Of a DNA stretch of 64,000 nucleotides, positions 10,479 to 20,657 are shown in pieces; positions within the stretch are counted from its first letter, which is position 1, and every line of letters begins with the position of its first letter. Origin of the DNA: a virus; the IMG/VR virus record IMGVR_UViG_3300025030_000080, positions 12,088-76,087 of that record; one strand, written 5' to 3'. A program made the translations under genes and the position numbers. The notes under the pieces are model-generated. The model was not told the origin of the DNA, made no database searches, and saw nothing but the letters and a program-made list of their open reading frames with translations.

Positions 10479-10500
10479 ACCACCCTAACACCACCCTAAC
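10479..10500. repeat. 11-bp tandem duplication (ACCACCCTAAC x2) causing a frameshift
   Basis: read directly at 10479-10489 and 10490-10500. Confidence 0.95.
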
Positions 10501-10971
10501 CCCTGCATCTACAAGAGCTTTTGCAGCAAGTAAGCGTTGGGAGAAGGAAGGTGCCCCAGGCTCTAACTTTTTATTTAAAGCATCATCAGAAGATATCATA
10601 GTCATATGGACAGCAGAACCGGCCTTATTATCTGCCAAAGCTCTAACGTAGTCTTCTCTACCGATTAACGCTGATTTTGTGTTCACCATAATAGGATAAA
10701 CTTGATCTGATAAATAACGCATGAAATTCAAACTAATTCCTTTTTGCGCTTCGATAGGAAGAAAATCTTCAAATCGAATTCCTAGACGGATGGGAATTTG
10801 AAGACTTATTGCTTTTGGTAATTCTGGTCCATCAATCTTTTGGCCTCGAAATTTCATTAATTTATCCATCTCCGTTCGGAAGTATTCCGGTCGGCAATGG
10901 CGTATTCCAATTTCTTTGGGATTATCAAAAAATGATGTATATAATGATGATCGGAATGAATCTGCAAAACA

Positions 10972-11394
10972 ATTGTGAACTAAAATCCCCTCCGCGAAAT
11001 AATTATTATTGGGCACGCATTCAAAATTATAAACTATTTTTTTATTGCTAGTTTTTGCTCTATATATAGATTCAATTCTTCTCCATGCCCATTTATTAGA
11101 ATTATTGGGGGGATAAAAAACAATCATATCATGAATACTTAATTGTCCAGCATCTATCCATCCTCTACTAGTAAATACAGGATGTTCTAAAGTAAGTTTT
11201 AAAATTTTTTCTTTTATTTTGATAACTATCAAATCTTCTGCGGTTCGACTCATTATTTTTGTAACTACTGACTTTTCTGATTCTAAGTGAGTTCTGTAAG
11301 TTTTTAATGAAACTACCAAATCTCCTTCTTTGATATCCTTAATATTCTTTTTCTTTCCGCCCCACATTTGTATTTTAGTTAATGGCGGCAGACA
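10972..11394 (-). mobile_element. 141-aa mini-intein without endonuclease, inside the CxxxCxxC motif
   Basis: starts CLPPLT, block B TLEHP, block F VYNFEC..NYFAEG, ends VHN followed by Cys +1. Confidence 0.92.
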
Positions 11395-11688
11395 ATATTT
11401 GCACTGGTAACTGCAAGATAGGGCATCGTAAGTATCTGAATTTAAAGGAAGTGGACAATGAGCGGCTCTTAATGAAACTTCAATAAATGAAGTAATTTCC
11501 TCTTTATTTAGCATTCGCTGTTTAACTTCAAATTTTTCGCTATCGAATGAAAATTCGGAATAATTTACTTTACGGCCTTTCTCACGAACTAATCCTTTAT
11601 GCTTCTCCATTGATTCGAGTTGAGATCTACGAGGGATAATGGTTTTGACTATTTCGCGCAACTCCCAGTAATCTTTAAATATAGTCAT

Positions 11689-12515
11689 TTAATGATTTAT
11701 CTCCATTTCTTCTTCTCTTTCGTCAAATTCTACCACTTCGTCAATTGCCCATAGTAAAGAAGTATAATCAGGCAGTAAATATTTCATTTCTGATACGAAT
11801 ACTAAGGCTTGAGCTAATTCTTCCCATTGATCTTCCGTTGCTGCTCCTGATTTAAATAATTCAATAGTTCTGTCCATATATTCCCGTTTGGTCAATTATC
11901 TTTCCTCCCTTGTCCAGTGGGAGGATTAATTGGCCTTGGAGTTATGGGAGGAGAGTTCCATCCTCCTTTACACATATTAGTAGGTGGATGGGTAGGAGCA
12001 ATACCATTTGGTTTTTTAGTAGGAAGTTTTGGTTGGTAGCTATATCCACTACGTTTTGGCTCTCTCTCAGAATAACCCCAAATATAACATATTAATCCCC
12101 AAACTATAAATAATATTAAAGATTCCCATCGTTCAAATCCCGTCACGTTTTTCCTCCCTACTAGTTCTACAGAAAACGGAATAGTTTCAATTTATTTTAT
12201 ATCATTTTATTTGTAATTTTAATTCAATGTAGGTATTATGACCTTTCGTCTAACTCTCTTTCCGTCCCAAGATTCTGGTAAAAAACAAGCTCCCATATCC
12301 TCTTTTGTTTTGATATTCATTACAATCATAATTAATTTTTTAACTACTAAAAGGGGTCCTTTGTCATCTAATGTATATATTACTGTATATTTGGGTCCTA
12401 ATGGAAGTCTTTTTACAAATTCCTTTACTTCCCATTTATCAATATATAATTTTGGATTATCAACTTCTAGAATATCATCATTTGCTAAAATAGTTTTAGT
12501 TATCGAAAGTTCCAT
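11689..12515 (-). other. three small hypothetical CDSs (11689..11895, 11892..12146 membrane/Pro-rich, 12219..12515)
   Basis: tiling ORFs with RBS. Confidence 0.55.
12164..12190 (-). promoter_or_regulatory. putative phage promoter TTGAAA-N12-CTGTAGAACT
   Basis: one of four copies of the same bipartite motif, each upstream of a gene start. Confidence 0.55.
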
Positions 12516-12516
12516 T

Positions 12517-13452
12517 TCATCTCCCTAACCTATCTTTAAAATATTTTATAGTTTGTTCTAATCCGTCAGATAATGTAACTTTTGGTTCCCATTTTAATTT
12601 ATCTTTAGCCATAGTTATATCAGGTCTACGTCGAATGGGGTCATCTCCAGGCAATGGTTTATAAATTATCTCTGATTTTGATTTTGTTAATTTTATTATT
12701 ACTTGAGCCAACGTTTTTATATCTATTTCTATTGGATTACCTATATTTATAGGACCAGTAATATCATTGGTATTCATCATTTTTATAATACCTTCTATTG
12801 TATCATCTATAAAACAAAAAGAACGAGTTTGCCTTCCATCCCCATATATTGTGATAGGATCATTTTTTAAAGCTTGTAAAATAAAGTTAGATACCACTCT
12901 TCCATCTCCAGTGGCTAAATTAGGTCCATAAGTATTGAAAATTCTTACCACTTTGATAAAAAGTTTATGTTGTCTATAATAATCAAAGAATAAAGTTTCT
13001 GCACATCTTTTTCCTTCATCATAGCAAGATCGAATCCCTATAGGATTTACATTTCCCCAATAATCTTCATATTGAGGATGCCTCAAAGGATCTCCGTAAA
13101 CTTCCGATGTAGATGCTTGAAGTATTTTAGCTTTTGTTCGTTTTGCTAATCCTAGCATATTTATTGCCCCATGAACTATTGTTTTAATAGTTTGAACAGG
13201 ATCTTTTTGATAATAAATAGGAGAAGCAGGGGCAGCAAGATTATAAATTTCATCTACTTCAACATATAATGGAAAAGTTATATCGTGCCTTAATAATTCA
13301 AAATTAGGATTTGATAAAAGAGGAAGAATATTTTCTTTGGTGGATGAATAAAAATTATCTACACAAAGAACTTCATTTCCTTCATTTAATAATCTTTTAC
13401 ATAAATGAGAACCAAGAAATCCTGCTCCTCCAGTTACTAATATTTTTTTCAA
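12517..13452 (-). CDS. uxs: UDP-glucuronate decarboxylase (UDP-xylose synthase-like, extended SDR)
   Basis: [58 protein letters not shown]. Confidence 0.92.
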   Translation of the reverse strand: MKKILVTGGAGFLGSHLCKRLLNEGNEVLCVDNFYSSTKENILPLLSNPNFELLRHDITFPLYVEVDEIYNLAAPASPIYYQKDPVQTIKTIVHGAINMLGLAKRTKAKILQASTSEVYGDPLRHPQYEDYWGNVNPIGIRSCYDEGKRCAETLFFDYYRQHKLFIKVVRIFNTYGPNLATGDGRVVSNFILQALKNDPITIYGDGRQTRSFCFIDDTIEGIIKMMNTNDITGPINIGNPIEIDIKTLAQVIIKLTKSKSEIIYKPLPGDDPIRRRPDITMAKDKLKWEPKVTLSDGLEQTIKYFKDRLGR

Positions 13453-14636
13453 AATAATAATCCTTTTTTTTCTTCAATAGCTCCTTCTTCTTTTCTTCCA
13501 TAAATATTCATTCCATTTTTATCTTTATCCAAAATTATAATTTCTGGACTATCCTTCAAAGAAAAATATTGTCCTTTTCCATTCCAAATTTCTTTCATTC
13601 TATCGTAAGCCTCTGGTTGTCTAAATGTTATTTCCTCCATATCATCCCAACAAACCGAACCTTTTTCCATTATTATTTTACAAGCATGTTGAAAGGTGAA
13701 TTCATAGGGAACGAATAACCCATCCACTCCGCAACAACTTTCACAAGAATTACTAAATGGAAAATTTACGAAATCAGGAGAAGAAGCGGGGACATTTTTA
13801 CTTCTCAAAATATCTCTAAATTGTTTTCCTACGGGGGTCCAATTTTCATCTAGATTCTTTTCCAAAAGTTTGACGTAATTGAATCCCCGGCTTTCAAATT
13901 CTTTTTGAGCTATTTTGTAATTTGAAGTCCGATAATTAAAGAAACTAACATGTTTAGCTCCGGTACGGGATGCCATCTCGGCGTACCCTTCCAACATGTC
14001 TTCCTTCGAATTGATTCCCACTAGGATTGGTTCCCAACGTACAGCGGTCCAAATCCCTAGGTTGTTTAAAGTCTTGACTAGGGACCATCTCATAGATGCA
14101 GGGGGATTCCCCGGTTCTAATTTGTAATTGAGGGTATCACTACCCCCCATAATAGATACAATAACAGCTACATTCATATCTTTTAATAAATCAAGGTACC
14201 TATGCATTCCAATATAATGACTTTTAGTTTCTATGATCATAGGAACTTTATATTCTTTGAATAATTTGAGAACGGGGACTACTACATTATCTCTCATATC
14301 CTCTAGGCAGAATACTTCTGATTTACTTCCCATATTGAAAGGGAGTCCTCTACGAAGGCATTGAACGTGCCAATCTGTATATTGTTTATCAGAACCATAG
14401 GCTTTATCAAAAAGTTTCTTAAAATCTTCTGGATTACAAGCTCTGACTAAATCTCTTGACCATCCTTCGTAGTACCGTGTGTAAAGTCCTTCTTCCATTT
14501 CTCTACAAAAACAAAAATGACATGGAAAACTGCAGCCAGCAAAAATATCACCTCCAAATGCTTGGGGGCATACGAGGGAATCATTTCTAAATCCAACTAT
14601 AGACCCAAATTTTAGTTCTCTAATATCTTTTTTCAA
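13449..14636 (-). CDS. SPL-like radical SAM enzyme (paralogue of 9830..11688)
   Basis: [25 protein letters not shown]; C-terminal GLLF. Confidence 0.85.
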   Translation of the reverse strand: MKKDIRELKFGSIVGFRNDSLVCPQAFGGDIFAGCSFPCHFCFCREMEEGLYTRYYEGWSRDLVRACNPEDFKKLFDKAYGSDKQYTDWHVQCLRRGLPFNMGSKSEVFCLEDMRDNVVVPVLKLFKEYKVPMIIETKSHYIGMHRYLDLLKDMNVAVIVSIMGGSDTLNYKLEPGNPPASMRWSLVKTLNNLGIWTAVRWEPILVGINSKEDMLEGYAEMASRTGAKHVSFFNYRTSNYKIAQKEFESRGFNYVKLLEKNLDENWTPVGKQFRDILRSKNVPASSPDFVNFPFSNSCESCCGVDGLFVPYEFTFQHACKIIMEKGSVCWDDMEEITFRQPEAYDRMKEIWNGKGQYFSLKDSPEIIILDKDKNGMNIYGRKEEGAIEEKKGLLF

Positions 14637-15034
14637 GATGTCATCTTTTCTTTCAACTCAGGTAGATCCTTTCTTTCTTTTAGACTAAAATTTCCCAAAA
14701 CTTTTTGTAGACACCGTTTTTGATCTTCTGCTTCATCTACTGTCATTTCTGCGTTATAAATAGGAATAATTTTATCGCCCTTTAAATTAAATCCCACATT
14801 GTAAATCCAAATTTTATTGATATTGGGTGTTATATGAGAAGTTGGTTTTACTAGTGCCCCAGTCCCAACAAAACCATTAAGATATGTAATAACGTGGGCT
14901 ATTTTTACACGAGAATAAAAATACTCTAATTCAATAAATAATGTATCTCTCTGTTTTTTAGTAATATTTTTATTCTTACAACTTTCGTTCCATATATTAT
15001 AGGTGTCTAGACTAAATGGAAGTTTTCTATCCAT
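14633..15034 (-). CDS. hypothetical protein
   Basis: 133-aa tiling ORF. Confidence 0.55.
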   Translation of the reverse strand: MDRKLPFSLDTYNIWNESCKNKNITKKQRDTLFIELEYFYSRVKIAHVITYLNGFVGTGALVKPTSHITPNINKIWIYNVGFNLKGDKIIPIYNAEMTVDEAEDQKRCLQKVLGNFSLKERKDLPELKEKMTS

Positions 15035-15069
15035 TTATTGATTCTCCTTAATCCTAGTATTTTCTTTCA

Positions 15070-15918
15070 TCAATACCCCACAGGAAGTTCAAATGGTGTA
15101 ATTAAATCTTCGGGTATTTCAATATCATCGAATTGAGGAATATTGGCAGATGATTTTCGTATATATTCCAAATATCCCACTCTACTTGGATCAATATCTA
15201 ATATTTTGGTAGCAGCTACGTCCATAACGTACATATCTTTTGTTGAAATTAAAATATTAGCTGGTTTAGGAATTCCGCATTGTTCCGAATATTCTGATCC
15301 TACGATACCATCTAAAACACAAGCAGCAACTCTATCTTTAATAAGAAAATATAAGTCATGAAGTCTTTTATGAAGAATATCACAACTTCCACGTGGGTGC
15401 ATACTACCTTTTTGGGCCATCATGCCCATACAATTTTTGATAGATATCGTAGTTCCCGACATATTATGAACTTTCAATTTAGGAACATTTATGACGAAAT
15501 CGCATTCCAACATAGTATTAGAAAATTTGGCCCCGAATAAGGATAAATATCCATCCCTACGGTAAAGGGTAAACTCATGAAACCGGGGTCCTTCCTGAAG
15601 TCCTATTAATTGTACTCCATATTTTTTAGATAATTGGTCATAACCAGACAATTTAATTGTATGCTCAAATTGGTCTTTAAATCCACAATCTCCTACTATT
15701 ATATCATTAGCCCCTTCTCTTATCAAATATTCTATAACTAGAGAAACAACTTCAACTCTGGTAGTAGATGCTATATCCCATCGGGTGGGAGGACATACGA
15801 GGTTGGGTTTAATGAAAACTTTTTTACCACTACAATCTGGAAAGTATTTCCAAAATTCTTGGGATATATTTTCTAATTTTAAATTTGCGTAATCAGATTC
15901 TCTATGAAATTGGATCAA
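15070..15918 (-). CDS. DUF362 family protein (Fe-S associated)
   Basis: KKVFIKPNLV, INVPKLKVH..G.T.SIKN.MG, LDGIVG, D...ILD. Confidence 0.85.
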   Translation of the reverse strand: MIQFHRESDYANLKLENISQEFWKYFPDCSGKKVFIKPNLVCPPTRWDIASTTRVEVVSLVIEYLIREGANDIIVGDCGFKDQFEHTIKLSGYDQLSKKYGVQLIGLQEGPRFHEFTLYRRDGYLSLFGAKFSNTMLECDFVINVPKLKVHNMSGTTISIKNCMGMMAQKGSMHPRGSCDILHKRLHDLYFLIKDRVAACVLDGIVGSEYSEQCGIPKPANILISTKDMYVMDVAATKILDIDPSRVGYLEYIRKSSANIPQFDDIEIPEDLITPFELPVGY

Positions 15919-15940
15919 TTACTACTCCCTTTTAAAAATA

Positions 15941-16044
15941 TGGTGGTGGTGAGGGGATTACCACTTATTTCGGTCTTATCACCGAACACTGTTAAGTACC
16001 CCCGTCAAGGTTCCTCCGGGACATTCGTCCAAGAGCACCACCCC
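15941..16044 (-). ncRNA. candidate structured RNA with tRNA-like acceptor stem and 3' ACCA
   Basis: GGTGGTG/CACCACC+ACCA; internal hairpins GGAC-GAAT-GTCC and TTCGGT-GATAAG-ACCGAA; GC-rich intergenic. Confidence 0.4.
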
Positions 16045-16055
16045 AAGATTATATT

Positions 16056-16778
16056 TCAGTTAACGGTGAACGATCCATTTGCTACTGTAATAATTTCCAT
16101 CTTGCTGAGCAACGACACTCCGCATTTGGCTACTGCAGCGGATTCCTTAATATTACTTTTCCCTCCCTGATCTGCGTAAGACTGATCAGCAGCATTAACC
16201 AACTCCTCTAAAGTCCCCGTTTTCAACGAGAGAAGAGTATCCGCCAAAACTGTCCAACGACTAAATGACTTGGGAGCCGGGGGAACACGCTTGATTCTTT
16301 CTTTCTCCGGTTTTGGAGCTTTAGGAGCAGCCGGAGTTTTAGCGACAGTAGGAGCCGTGGGAGCAGGAGTTGCTGCTGTAGGAGTGGCAACGGGGGCTAC
16401 GGGAGCGGCGGGGGCAGGGGTAGCTGCAGAACGCCCAACACGACGGGCTACGGGAGGGGGCGGGGGAGCAGGAGGTTCGGGTTCAGGTTCCGGTTCAGGT
16501 TCCGGCTCAGGAGTGATCGGAGCTTCCTCCACCGGAGTTTCCGGAGTTGATTCTTCCTGATCTAACCCCAACGTGGTAATAATATCGTTGTACATGTTGA
16601 TAATATTTGCGTTCGATGACCCCGGAGCATCCCCTTCGGCCTTTTCCACTGCATCGAGATATGCCGGGATCAGCATCTCCTTTGAAATCTTGTCGGCGTT
16701 GTTAATCCCAATTTCAGTAGCACAAGCAATGAGCTTTGAATGTACGATTTTCTTCAAAAGTTTCGGATCGAATTTCAT
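16056..16778 (-). CDS. putative DNA-binding protein with Pro/Ala/Glu linker and C-terminal winged-helix-like domain (family with 55320 and 63041)
   Basis: RBS GGAGG before MKFDPK; (PE)n and PAA linker; FSR..AD..Y..N.KE..V motif shared with the two paralogues. Confidence 0.65.
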   Translation of the reverse strand: MKFDPKLLKKIVHSKLIACATEIGINNADKISKEMLIPAYLDAVEKAEGDAPGSSNANIINMYNDIITTLGLDQEESTPETPVEEAPITPEPEPEPEPEPEPPAPPPPPVARRVGRSAATPAPAAPVAPVATPTAATPAPTAPTVAKTPAAPKAPKPEKERIKRVPPAPKSFSRWTVLADTLLSLKTGTLEELVNAADQSYADQGGKSNIKESAAVAKCGVSLLSKMEIITVANGSFTVN

Positions 16779-16890
16779 GTAGTTCTCCCTCCGTTCGGAA
16801 TTTGTAAGACAACTACAATCTTCTACAGGAATAGCCACTATCTGATACTTCATCTCACCCACCCCTTCTGGCTTGGTTTCCCGTGTACTT

Positions 16891-16918
16891 ATTACTACAG
16901 GAGCTAAGCCTAAATCAA
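16891..16918 (-). promoter_or_regulatory. putative phage promoter TTGATT-N12-CTGTAGTAAT
   Basis: conserved bipartite motif, intergenic. Confidence 0.55.
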
Positions 16919-16997
16919 TATTATTTTTTATGAACAATTATTATACCTTTTGATTGATTATTTTAAATTTCTTCCTTTTCATTATCTGATGGGTAAA

Positions 16998-18374
16998 TCA
17001 TAGTATATCTCCTCTGTCTGGTTGATACGGAGAATTTTCCTTAGTAATAATATCAGGGGTCCCCCTTCTGTCAATTCTTCCCTTACCTATCAAATAACGA
17101 GTTAATACTTCTGTGTAAGTATGGGAAGATCGTACATTTCCCGTAACAACTTTATCAATTCCCCATCTATTAATCAAAGAATCTATTACTTTTTCGCACC
17201 ATTCTCTGGCCCCTATTGGCATATTTAAACGTGGATGAAGTTCTCTAATTCTATCGTGAAGTCTATTAGCCCCTATAATAAAATCATTTTCTTCTTTTTG
17301 GTTAAACTCTCCACTCGCCCCTAATAAAATTTTATCACGATAAAATTCTTTTAACCATCTTGTATTTTCGGGGTTTTTCTCTTTTTCTTTTTTAACCATG
17401 AAAGTTACTGGTTCAGGTTCGTTTTCTAAACAATGTAAAAATTGACTTTTAATTGACGAGGCAAAACGATTGTAAAAGAAAGTACCTAACCCCAAATTTT
17501 TAAAAATTGATTTATTTACTGGTCGGTAATTCAGATTTGTAGCTATTAATTTATATTTATCTATCACCGAAATTATTTCTTCTTTTGAATAATTTTTATT
17601 ATTAGTTAAACCCTCTCCTATAAAAAGTTTTCCATCTAATACTTTTTCTATGATAGAAACTATATCTGTAAATGTTTTTGTTGGTTTGGCGTAGCCTTGA
17701 TTATTCCATGCCGGCATATGATGATGGGGTAAACCCGGCGAGGAATTCCAATAATTGATAATATCGAGAGTGTCTTTCCTATACCGTTGACGAGGGGTAA
17801 CTTCAAATTCTATAGATATAGATTTATTTCTTTTAATTAAAGACTGGGTTGAATTTAAGCCTAAATTATGAACGTCGGTTTCACCTGCTTTTGGTGAAAC
17901 CCCCGAATCTTTCGAGAGAAAAGATTCGTTAGAATCTTTTGGATCTAAAGATTCTGGTATAGGTTCAATAATTATAGGTTTACTTAAAGAGATTCCGCTT
18001 TGAACGGAATCCAGATTCCGCTTTGAACGGAATCCAGATTCCGCCCATTCTTGTATTTTATTACGATCAATTCTATACCAATTTTTGGCCGGTATCCCTT
18101 TTCGAGATACTTGAATAAAATTTAAATCTTGAAGTATTTTAGTGGAAGATGTTTGAACATCTTCGCTAAATCCAGTTCTATTTTTCAATAAACTTTGAAG
18201 CATATAAAAATACTCTCCGGGTTGTATTAATTCTTGTTTAATTAAGTAATTTTCCCAATCTATTAAGTCTCCTAAAATTATAGTAACGAAAGGACCTAAT
18301 TTTATTAATACGGAACGGTTACAAGCTATGAAATTTGCAAATGGAATTTGAGATATATTCCTATTATTTTCCAT
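16998..18374 (-). CDS. replication initiator / replisome organiser
   Basis: N-terminal winged helix ending RKGIPAKNWYRID; internal iterons; lies downstream of DnaB. Confidence 0.7.
   Translation of the reverse strand: MENNRNISQIPFANFIACNRSVLIKLGPFVTIILGDLIDWENYLIKQELIQPGEYFYMLQSLLKNRTGFSEDVQTSSTKILQDLNFIQVSRKGIPAKNWYRIDRNKIQEWAESGFRSKRNLDSVQSGISLSKPIIIEPIPESLDPKDSNESFLSKDSGVSPKAGETDVHNLGLNSTQSLIKRNKSISIEFEVTPRQRYRKDTLDIINYWNSSPGLPHHHMPAWNNQGYAKPTKTFTDIVSIIEKVLDGKLFIGEGLTNNKNYSKEEIISVIDKYKLIATNLNYRPVNKSIFKNLGLGTFFYNRFASSIKSQFLHCLENEPEPVTFMVKKEKEKNPENTRWLKEFYRDKILLGASGEFNQKEENDFIIGANRLHDRIRELHPRLNMPIGAREWCEKVIDSLINRWGIDKVVTGNVRSSHTYTEVLTRYLIGKGRIDRRGTPDIITKENSPYQPDRGDIL
17906..18044. repeat. 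iteron-like repeats inside the initiator gene (putative origin)
   Basis: AGATTCCGCTTTGAACGGAATCC x2 plus a partial copy (17990-18044), each palindromic; two GAATCTTT..AAAGATTC palindromes at 17906-17954. Confidence 0.75.
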
Positions 18375-18849
18375 TTTTATTCTCCTTAGCTATTTCCTCT
18401 TCACATTTCGATTCTAATTCCATAAATCGTATAAGCATTTCGTTACACGCTTGAACATTTATTTTGTAATAAATTTTATCGGTTTTTTTATCCCATATGA
18501 ATTTAAGTATATCAGAATTTTCTAATTCATTTAGTATTTCTACGAGTTTTTCTTTGCCTATGAAAAGTAACCTCCCCGTCGTTTCTAACGATATAAAAGG
18601 CAAATCCCCAAATTTATTTGGGTAATGTCTTTTTATTTCGAACCAATAGTTATGATCTTGATTTAATAAACTAACAAAAGCTCCTTTTTCCAAACCGTAA
18701 AAATAAACAAAACCCCTATCAATTGTTATAAGCCCCCCACCAGCTATTATATGATCGACATATAGCTTCGATTTTACAAATTTTTTACTTAATTCTCCCC
18801 CACCTTCACTCATTATTTTATATAATCTAATAGATTTTGTATCACTCAT
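18364..18849 (-). CDS. winged-helix protein, initiator-associated
   Basis: tiles between DnaB and the initiator; ends KIYYKIN, like the initiator N-terminal domain. Confidence 0.5.
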   Translation of the reverse strand: MSDTKSIRLYKIMSEGGGELSKKFVKSKLYVDHIIAGGGLITIDRGFVYFYGLEKGAFVSLLNQDHNYWFEIKRHYPNKFGDLPFISLETTGRLLFIGKEKLVEILNELENSDILKFIWDKKTDKIYYKINVQACNEMLIRFMELESKCEEEIAKENKNGK

Positions 18850-20407
18850 CTTTCTTTCCCCCTTTATTTCCATCATAAAATACAAATTCTGTATCAATAA
18901 TTGGCTGGCCCAATTCTAATTGTTGAAGCATCATCACTTGCCTTCGTTTGTTAAATCTTTTCCATCTATGCTCCAACACTCCAGTTCTCCATACTCCTTT
19001 TTCTTTTTCTTCAGGAGTTTGATCTAGAGACATCATTATATCTACATGAGCCAAAATATAAGCATTTACTCCGATATCACTTTCATCTTGTAAATCTTTG
19101 GTAAGGGCGGATCTTCCAGATCCTAACGATTGTGCTCCGGTTACTACTAACGCAGATCTGGATTGAGCCAATCGTTTATGAGCTTTAAATACATCGTCAA
19201 CATCATGACGAGGATCATTAAATTTACGTTCTGATAAAATGATTGAAGCGTAGTCGGTGATTATAACGTCGGGTATAAATCCTTCAATTCTTTCTAATTC
19301 ATCTAATTGATCTTCTACGTCCGACATTGTAGCGGAATAGGCAGGGAAGCTGATCATTCTGAGCAAGTCTTTACCGAACATTTTATTGAAACGTTTGATC
19401 TCTTTACGGGTATTAGGTAGGCTTAATTTAGGCCGATCTGCCACGAAGAACCACGTTGTAGCTAAGAAATTACCCCCTCCGGGTATCTTCCTACAGGCCG
19501 TACACGGTCGATACCTTCCGGGGGCTTTAGGGTCGAATTTAGGGGGGCGGGTTTCCCTATTCATACGTTCTAAATTATTGCAGGAATTATCTTGATTATT
19601 CAAACAATCAAAACTAGGATAAATATAACCTTGGTTTTCGTCTCCTTCTCCCATAACTCCTAATTCTTTATACATTCTGGTAGCTTGGTGCTTATCTTTC
19701 ATTTCGAAAGAAAGCATAGCTACCCTTTTTCTAGACATCATAGCATCGAATGCGAAATTTTCTAGAATCCAGGTTTTTCCACGTTTTGCAGGCCCCATTA
19801 CAGTTATTAACCATCCTCTATGAAGATCACCTAATAAATCTCCTAATTTACCTTTCATTCTAAATAGAGGAACTTCTTTTTCTTCAAAAACTGAATTTAA
19901 AAAATTAGGATCATCTAGTGGTTTAGACCATTTATAAGTGACTTCGTCAACTATCTTTTTTTTACTTTCATAGAATTTTTCAGCTTCTTCAGTTTTACCT
20001 ATATCTAATAGAGCAGTAATACCTTCTGCAGTCCTTCTTAAATGCTGAGTCTTTAAATATTCCTTGCCTTTATCGATAATAAAATCATCGTTTACTCCGT
20101 CGGGTCCTCCTTCTGATAAATATTCCTCTGATAACTTAGCCAGGAATAATTCAATTTCTTCGTCTAGTCCCTGTTTGAGTTTTCCTTTTTCTGTTTCGTA
20201 CAAATCTTTAATATGATTCTTTGGAGCAGATTTATATCGGTCAAAATAATCTAGAATCCATCGAACGATATTTTTGCTGACCTCTAGTTCGAATACGTTT
20301 GGATCAGCGAATGGAGCAAGATGTGTTATTACCTTGTCAGAAATGATCATTCCTGTAATGATACGTTTTTCTACTCCCTTATCAGAGCGGTGAATCCGTC
20401 TGAGCAT
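18842..20407 (-). CDS. dnaB: replicative DNA helicase, DnaB family
   Basis: Walker A GPAKRGKT, SFEM, IITDY, VTGAQ; Cys-rich insertion. Confidence 0.85.
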   Translation of the reverse strand: MLRRIHRSDKGVEKRIITGMIISDKVITHLAPFADPNVFELEVSKNIVRWILDYFDRYKSAPKNHIKDLYETEKGKLKQGLDEEIELFLAKLSEEYLSEGGPDGVNDDFIIDKGKEYLKTQHLRRTAEGITALLDIGKTEEAEKFYESKKKIVDEVTYKWSKPLDDPNFLNSVFEEKEVPLFRMKGKLGDLLGDLHRGWLITVMGPAKRGKTWILENFAFDAMMSRKRVAMLSFEMKDKHQATRMYKELGVMGEGDENQGYIYPSFDCLNNQDNSCNNLERMNRETRPPKFDPKAPGRYRPCTACRKIPGGGNFLATTWFFVADRPKLSLPNTRKEIKRFNKMFGKDLLRMISFPAYSATMSDVEDQLDELERIEGFIPDVIITDYASIILSERKFNDPRHDVDDVFKAHKRLAQSRSALVVTGAQSLGSGRSALTKDLQDESDIGVNAYILAHVDIMMSLDQTPEEKEKGVWRTGVLEHRWKRFNKRRQVMMLQQLELGQPIIDTEFVFYDGNKGGKKDE

Positions 20408-20411
20408 AAAG

Positions 20412-20657
20412 CTATTTCTTGACGGCGTTCAGATTTAAGGAAAATCCTTCAGCGCCAAGAATGGGAATAAATCCTCCAGTACTGGCGATTATGTTAGTTT
20501 TCCCCGATTGAGATTTACCAAAATCTTGTTTTAAATCTACTTCAATGATGGGGATATTATCATTTTGTACTTCCATTATTATGTTTTTAATTTTAATTTT
20601 ATTTTGATTCTCTAATTCTGCTATTCTTTCTTTAAGTTTCTGAATATCTTCGGTCAT
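20412..20657 (-). CDS. small conserved protein
   Basis: DL..DFG.S.SGKT.IIASTGG motif. Confidence 0.6.
   Translation of the reverse strand: MTEDIQKLKERIAELENQNKIKIKNIIMEVQNDNIPIIEVDLKQDFGKSQSGKTNIIASTGGFIPILGAEGFSLNLNAVKK

Larger units (their letters stand above)
9830..11688 (-). pseudogene. SPL-like radical SAM enzyme with mini-intein, split by an 11-bp duplication (ORFs 10459..11688 and 9830..10483)
   Basis: spliced motif CSYQCKYC; TKS, LEPGAP and RIEP motifs; removing one GTTAGGGTGGT copy restores AGVRVVARIEP. Confidence 0.85.

Noticed and set aside
16270-16560. plus-strand Gly/Ser/Ala ORF and GGTTCA/GGTTCC repeats
   Set aside because: Antisense shadow of the (PE)n and Pro/Ala linker of the minus-strand gene.
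17990-18044. palindromic 23-bp repeats as a CRISPR array
   Set aside because: The units are contiguous with no spacers, lie inside a CDS, and no cas genes are present.
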